64,000 bases of DNA from Candidatus Atabeyarchaeum deiterrae (GTDB taxonomy: Archaea; Asgardarchaeota; Atabeyarchaeia; Atabeyarchaeales; Atabeyarchaeaceae), in the NCBI GenBank assembly GCA_037310415.1, contig CP147780.1, positions 2,080,001 through 2,144,000 on the forward strand. The letters are read 5' to 3'. The notes under the pieces are model-generated. The model made no database searches and was not told the DNA's origin. It worked only from the letters and a program-made list of their open reading frames with translations. A program made the translations under genes and the position numbers. Shown here one piece after another: positions 58,915-64,000 of this stretch. The number at the start of each line of letters is the position of its first letter. Position 1 is the stretch's first letter.

Positions 58915-60306
58915 GTGAGCCTCCAAATGCCCTATTCAGGCAAGAGCAGATTAATGCAGAGATATTCCAATCTGTTCGTTCGATGCGATGATCAAGAAGT
59001 GCAACAGTTCTATTGGCTATTGTCTTTGTTTCTCGCGAAATGCGATGGTCTGATTTCTGCTCCTGAAGTTCTGCAGTTGATGAGTGGCACGGGTGCAATT
59101 CCTTTTGATCCATACGTGACCCCCGTCGATCGGAAGGAGTCTTTGCTCATAAGACTGAAGTTCCTCAAGAAATATGACATCGACACTCCTAGGGAGATCA
59201 TCAGAGTACTCACTCAAGGTCTGTTCTCAAGTGACAAAATGAGTCCATCAGATCGCAGATATCTCTTCGAATTCATCGAAAACCCGACCTACACCTTTAA
59301 ACAGTTCGCAGGCAAGCTCAGTGTGTCAGTTAGTTCAGTTTTCGAAGCGTACCATCGACTTGGAAAAACGATCCGTTTCCGCTTTCCTTCCCTTCTCAAC
59401 TTTCCTTTGTTGAAATTGAAGCATTTTGTGATCTTCTTCAAACCTAATGATTCCTTCGAGAGTTCCATGATCTCAACCAGAGACTATACTCTGAGCATGA
59501 ACCGAGACACTTTCGGGGATTGGATGTGGGCCTCTTTCTTGGTTCCGAACCAAGTTCGAATCCTCAAGGAGTTCAGACGCGGTCTGTCTAATCTAGCAGA
59601 TAAATCGTTTCATGACTCTCGCCTGTACGAAGTCAGATCTTATGGAGCTCATTCCAACATCTCCATGTTCGACGGAGAGCGATGGATCTACAGTGAGGAG
59701 GCTCTGGGCATAGGTGCATTCAAGTTTGCCGAACGCAACAAAGAGATCTTCACGCCGATGGATGAGTTCCTTTACGCCGACACGCCCATTCGATTTGACG
59801 ACGTCGACTTCATTATTTGCTGCCAAAAGATTGGAGATTCCCGCATCAAGAACTCGGCAATCAAGGAAGTTCTTCGACAGAACGGTCACAATCTCTCTTG
59901 GGTTACCGTATCGAAGAGAGTAAACGCTCTGAAACGTAAAGGGGTCTACCATCCGGGTTTCGCTTTCTATGGTCTAGGTCTAAACTTGGCGCTGACGTTC
60001 GCGGTCGAATGCGATGAAGAAGTTGTCGAGACCTTCTATCATATGTTTCCTATGTTTCCTTGGTGTGCTGCAAGTAGGACTGATAAGGGCGTGATATTCC
60101 AGATTAGAACCACAGCTGAAACTGGTCCCGTGATTTCTTATTTGATGCAGAGTCTGAAGGATGAAGTTCACGATCTCATCATGGCTAACCGTCTTGAGAA
60201 TATTGGCACTAGAAGCCCATTTTCGCTCCATAAGCAATGGAACAGCACAAAGCAGTACTGGGAATTTGAAAGAGGGGCTTTTGATCTATCCAAGAAGCAT
60301 CAATGA
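58915..60306 (+). CDS. Lrp/AsnC-like double-HTH protein, paralog 2
   Basis: Colinear and highly similar to 57244-58620. Confidence 0.65.
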   Translation: MSLQMPYSGKSRLMQRYSNLFVRCDDQEVQQFYWLLSLFLAKCDGLISAPEVLQLMSGTGAIPFDPYVTPVDRKESLLIRLKFLKKYDIDTPREIIRVLTQGLFSSDKMSPSDRRYLFEFIENPTYTFKQFAGKLSVSVSSVFEAYHRLGKTIRFRFPSLLNFPLLKLKHFVIFFKPNDSFESSMISTRDYTLSMNRDTFGDWMWASFLVPNQVRILKEFRRGLSNLADKSFHDSRLYEVRSYGAHSNISMFDGERWIYSEEALGIGAFKFAERNKEIFTPMDEFLYADTPIRFDDVDFIICCQKIGDSRIKNSAIKEVLRQNGHNLSWVTVSKRVNALKRKGVYHPGFAFYGLGLNLALTFAVECDEEVVETFYHMFPMFPWCAASRTDKGVIFQIRTTAETGPVISYLMQSLKDEVHDLIMANRLENIGTRSPFSLHKQWNSTKQYWEFERGAFDLSKKHQ

Positions 60307-60358
60307 TGTCGAAAGTCTCTTCGATCATCAGACACCCAAGAAGCGCCAAGACCTTTTC

Positions 60359-60982
60359 CTATTTCTGTTTTGACTTCTCTTTCAGTTCTCCAAATAACTC
60401 AGCTCTCTCTTCAGGTGAGACGTATGAGAAACCTATGACTTCCATTTGCTGCCGGTTGAAAAGTTGCATGCTAAGCGCCACAGGTTCGGTTAGATTCTTC
60501 TGGTATCTGTTAATGAATCCTTCGATGGTTTCTCTTCCCATGCGCTTGAATCTCGATTCGTCTATGGAGTACGTCGATTTTCCTCCATCGCCTGTTTCTT
60601 TGACCACTGATATTATGATGAACTCCTCAAAATCCTGACGGCTCAGCAGTCTCTTCAGGCATGCATTATTGTCTTCTGTTTTCCCGCATTGAAAGAATAT
60701 TCTCTGCGTCTTTGAGAACATCGGTTTTATTGTACCGGCGTAGTACTGAAGACCGGGATACCGTTTCTCAAGCTCCTTCAGAACATCTACAGTCGAGATT
60801 ATTTCTCCCGGCAACATTGATACGCCTCTTGTATTGCCCTCTTGATTGTTAGAGTTCAAAAACTCATATGACGTTCTATCCAATATAACAGTTTGCAGTC
60901 GCTCTCTATTTGAAGGGAAAAGGTCTCGTCGATTGGGACAGGGGACTGCATCTTGGTGAGTAGGGTGAATTTCGACAGTCAC
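60359..60982 (-). CDS. hypothetical protein (likely start 60817)
   Basis: Protein-like composition from MLPGEII; no family recognised. Confidence 0.55.
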   Translation of the reverse strand: MTVEIHPTHQDAVPCPNRRDLFPSNRERLQTVILDRTSYEFLNSNNQEGNTRGVSMLPGEIISTVDVLKELEKRYPGLQYYAGTIKPMFSKTQRIFFQCGKTEDNNACLKRLLSRQDFEEFIIISVVKETGDGGKSTYSIDESRFKRMGRETIEGFINRYQKNLTEPVALSMQLFNRQQMEVIGFSYVSPEERAELFGELKEKSKQK

Positions 60983-61133
60983 CGTGATATCCTTGATTGC
61001 TGTCCGTTTCTCGAGGCAAAGCTATTTAATGCTGCCAGCATTACTGTTCATGAGTTCAACATCAAGACCGCGCAATGACGTCCGAGGACTGGACATCAGT
61101 CTAATGATCAACGGCAGAGTTTGAGGAACTCTT

Positions 61134-61895
61134 TTGGGGAAAATGCCTGAGAGGGGCTATCTTTTGAATGAGAGAGAAAGCACTGGGATAGCTGGACTCG
61201 ATGAAGTGATCGGCGGAGGACTAGCCAGACCCTCACTGACTGCCTTGATTGGAGCGCCCGGCACAGGGACAACAACCTTCTGTAAGCAATTCATAATGTC
61301 ATCACTTCAACGCGAAAGGAATGTTATGGTAGCTTGCACGGATGAGCCAGTAGGACACTTTCTCAGACATTTCAGGTTCCCTCAACCTTTTGACCTTGAG
61401 CCCTACGTGAGACAAAACAGATTGGTTATCTTAGATATGTACGAGCGGTTCACAGAACGGCTTGGCATAAAGAGTTACAGCAACATTGAAGAGGTTGGTG
61501 AGATTCCACTAGGGGAAATACTTGAAGAGCTTACGGAAAGAGTTGCCAGCGGGGTTCCCGGACTGCCACGCGAGTTTAACACTGTCATAGACTCACTTAC
61601 GGCCGTTGCACCATTCGTTGGAGTCCGTGACATGTATGCGGTCTTGCGTGAGTCTCGGAGAAGAGTCAGAGAGGGTAAGCACGTTGTTGTTCTTACCGCT
61701 CATGAGGGCGCTCTTGAGGGGAACATCATTCAGGCTCTTAGGCAGCACGCTGACTGCGTCATAAAAATGACTATGTCCTTGTCCAAGACAGATTTGAAGA
61801 GGCTAATGATAATCGAGAAGGCAGGCTTCACAGAGATAAAGCAGGCAACGTTAGAATTCAGTATTGGGTCAGCCGGCATTGAGATCAAACAATAA
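61134..61895 (+). CDS. KaiC/RAD55-like ATPase, degenerate (type A1)
   Basis: TGIAGLD..GG, GAPGTGTTT, IDSLT, ADCVI, IEKAGF. Confidence 0.88.
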   Translation: MGKMPERGYLLNERESTGIAGLDEVIGGGLARPSLTALIGAPGTGTTTFCKQFIMSSLQRERNVMVACTDEPVGHFLRHFRFPQPFDLEPYVRQNRLVILDMYERFTERLGIKSYSNIEEVGEIPLGEILEELTERVASGVPGLPREFNTVIDSLTAVAPFVGVRDMYAVLRESRRRVREGKHVVVLTAHEGALEGNIIQALRQHADCVIKMTMSLSKTDLKRLMIIEKAGFTEIKQATLEFSIGSAGIEIKQ

Positions 61896-61916
61896 ACTTC
61901 AATTTCACGATTTGGG

Positions 61917-62813
61917 ATGAGCTCTCGAAAGGTTGATATTAGACTCATAAGAAAGGATATTCGTGATTTGTGCGGGGGGAGAAACGGGATAAACCGAACC
62001 AAGACTGAGAAAGTGAAGAGCCAAAATCCTAGGCCGCTTTCCCTCAACTCAGTGCCAAGCGCCCTAGAGAGCCATGAAGAGCGGATTCCTTCTGGCATAT
62101 TAGGACTAGATGCGGCTCTGGATGGTGGGTTTCCAGAAGGAACCATGATTTCCCTCGGTGGCGACATAGGAACCGGCACTTCAACCTTCTGTCTCCAAGT
62201 GGTGTGGTCATGGTTGACCACAGGGGGAGCAGCAGCATACTTCTGCGTTGACGACCCGCCTGAAACAGTTGTGAATCATTTCAAGAGCTACGGCTGGAAT
62301 GTAGAACGTTACATTGAGAAAAAACAGCTGACAGTATTTGACACAAATACTGTCACAAGCCACCTGTCATCTAAACCTGAGGGGCAGAATGGAGTCGCCG
62401 AGAGGAGGGCTCTCCTTGGTAAGTATCTTGGAGATGTACGGGAACAATTGCACTCCCTGGGAACTAACAACAACACGGCTCTTCCCACCTTGGGCGTGAT
62501 TGACTCACTCTCTTCGGTGGCTCCGTACATTGATCTGCGGTCAGCTTACGTGTTCGCTCACATGATCGCAGAATATATTAGGAAGAGCGAAGACCTACTA
62601 ATTGCAGTTGTTCACACGGGAGCTTTCGAGGCCAACATTGTCTGCGCATGTAATTCAGTAGCAGACGGCATAATCAGATTAGAATCTGCGCTTACTAAGG
62701 GGGAAGTGAAGAGACAACTTCGCATCGAGAAGATGGCATTCACGCAAATACCCCCAAAGACGCTTGAGTACAAAATTACGAGCAAGAATGGCATTAAGAT
62801 TATCACAAGGTAG
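61917..62813 (+). CDS. KaiC/RAD55-like ATPase, degenerate (type B1)
   Basis: SGILGLD..GGFP, GDIGTGTST, IDSLS, ADGII, IEKMAF. Confidence 0.88.
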   Translation: MSSRKVDIRLIRKDIRDLCGGRNGINRTKTEKVKSQNPRPLSLNSVPSALESHEERIPSGILGLDAALDGGFPEGTMISLGGDIGTGTSTFCLQVVWSWLTTGGAAAYFCVDDPPETVVNHFKSYGWNVERYIEKKQLTVFDTNTVTSHLSSKPEGQNGVAERRALLGKYLGDVREQLHSLGTNNNTALPTLGVIDSLSSVAPYIDLRSAYVFAHMIAEYIRKSEDLLIAVVHTGAFEANIVCACNSVADGIIRLESALTKGEVKRQLRIEKMAFTQIPPKTLEYKITSKNGIKIITR

Positions 62814-62945
62814 CTAGCCGGAGCCACAAGTTACCTTGGCCAAGCAATCAACGTCACACGATAGCGGAGCCAATGTTCAGTGGTTCCCAACACGGTCAGA
62901 CAACTTCACAGATAAGCGCTTTGGGAAGAACTGAGGCGAGCCCAA

Positions 62946-63701
62946 TTGGATCAACTTGAGAGAGCTGACTTTTCACAATCCAGAGATAGTACCGGCATAC
63001 ATAGACTTGATGAAGTAATCGGAGGAGGTTTTCCAAGACCATCAACGACGGCAATAGTTGGTGCACCCGGCTCAGGAACAACATCATTCTGTACGCAATT
63101 CGCAGTGTCGTCGCTACTGGAAGGAAGAAAAGTTCTAATAGTCTGTACTGACGAACCCGTCGAACATTTCCTAAGGTACTTCAAGTCACGGGGGCCATTG
63201 GATGTCGATTCTTATCTGGAGGAAAAAAAACTAGTCGTCGTCGACATGTATGGCAAGTTCATAGAGCATATCGGGATAAGAGACTATGGTGATGTGAACT
63301 TGGTCCGAGAGTTTCCTCTTAATAAGTTTATCCTCGAGACAAGGAGAGCTGTGCAGACTGAGGAAGGAGAGGAGCCAAGTGGACTGACCACTATCCTTGA
63401 TTCAGTCACAGCTCTATCTCCTTTCTTGGGCGTTCGTGATATATATAGAGGAGTACGTGAAGTGCAGGATTTGATCAGGGCACATAACAATATCGTTCTG
63501 ATGACGGTTCATGAGGGTGTGCTTGAAGGCAACTTCGTTCAGGCTGTAAGACAGCAAGCTGACAATGTCATCAGAATGAAGATGCGCTGGGTTAGATCGA
63601 ATCTGAAAAGAGAGATGATAATTGAAAAGGTGGGCTTCACGGAGATCAAGCAACCAGTGCTGGGCTTTGTAATAACCGAACGAGGAATCGAAATCATCTA
63701 A
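62946..63701 (+). CDS. KaiC/RAD55-like ATPase, degenerate (type A2)
   Basis: TGIHRLD..GGFP, GAPGSGTTS, LDSVT, IEKVGF. Confidence 0.88.
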   Translation: MDQLERADFSQSRDSTGIHRLDEVIGGGFPRPSTTAIVGAPGSGTTSFCTQFAVSSLLEGRKVLIVCTDEPVEHFLRYFKSRGPLDVDSYLEEKKLVVVDMYGKFIEHIGIRDYGDVNLVREFPLNKFILETRRAVQTEEGEEPSGLTTILDSVTALSPFLGVRDIYRGVREVQDLIRAHNNIVLMTVHEGVLEGNFVQAVRQQADNVIRMKMRWVRSNLKREMIIEKVGFTEIKQPVLGFVITERGIEII

Positions 63702-63844
63702 GTTGATCTCCTATTGAAGTGGTTAATGTGGCTCCATTCAGATCGAGGCAAGAATGACAATCTACTCCCGTACCGAAAGAGTGAGATTTGTCCCTCTGAG
63801 AAGAGATTGCCTAGTCGCTGGGAAGTTGAGAGAGTGAATCAGAT

Positions 63845-64000
63845 TTGATACCAAAGTCAAGTACCTTCAGAGTTGACACTGAGAGAATTCCATCTGGTAT
63901 AACACTACTAGACAGGACACTTGCCGGAGGATTGCCCAGAGGAACGTTCATCTGTATCGACGGAGACATAGGAACTGGGACATCAACCTTCTGCATCCAA
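63845..64000 (+). CDS. KaiC/RAD55-like ATPase, degenerate (type B2), runs off window edge
   Basis: Manual translation from TTG 63845: ERIPSGITLLDRTLAGGLPRGTFICIDGDIGTGTSTFCIQ. Confidence 0.85.
   Translation, partial: MIPKSSTFRVDTERIPSGITLLDRTLAGGLPRGTFICIDGDIGTGTSTFCIQ

Noticed and set aside
1-64000. CRISPR arrays, rRNA/tRNA, transposases/integrases, and the many antisense ORFs in the track
   Set aside because: No regularly spaced direct repeats, RNA gene signatures or mobile-element motifs seen; antisense ORFs are shadows of well-supported genes

Overview
Gene-dense archaeal chromosomal segment, most likely Asgard-type. This is inferred from two RagA/Gtr1-like small GTPases, longin/uDENN-like and roadblock-like proteins, a giant TrmB-coiled-coil protein and multi-HTH Lrp-like proteins. 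Housekeeping and metabolic content: a NikR-regulated ECF Ni/Co transporter with a clear operator, two Fe-alcohol dehydrogenases, TatD, an MBL hydrolase, a DapA-family enzyme, dUTPase, an AlkZ/YcaQ-like glycosylase, MgtA, and a dispersed methylmalonyl-CoA mutase/epimerase/carboxyltransferase/biotin cluster. The most unusual elements are: (1) a co-oriented AbrB-ACT / wHTH / longin / KaiB-like thioredoxin / KaiC-CI-like ATPase / Rag-like GTPase cluster resembling a proto nutrient-signalling module; (2) two tandem, signal-peptide-less, compact alpha-2-macroglobulin-like thioester proteins with divergent bait regions; (3) an A-B-A-B array of KaiC-like pseudo-ATPases lacking the Walker A lysine; (4) an SCP2-fused glycyl radical enzyme. 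I saw no rRNA, tRNA, CRISPR array or transposase. All family calls come from motif recognition by eye, not database searches.
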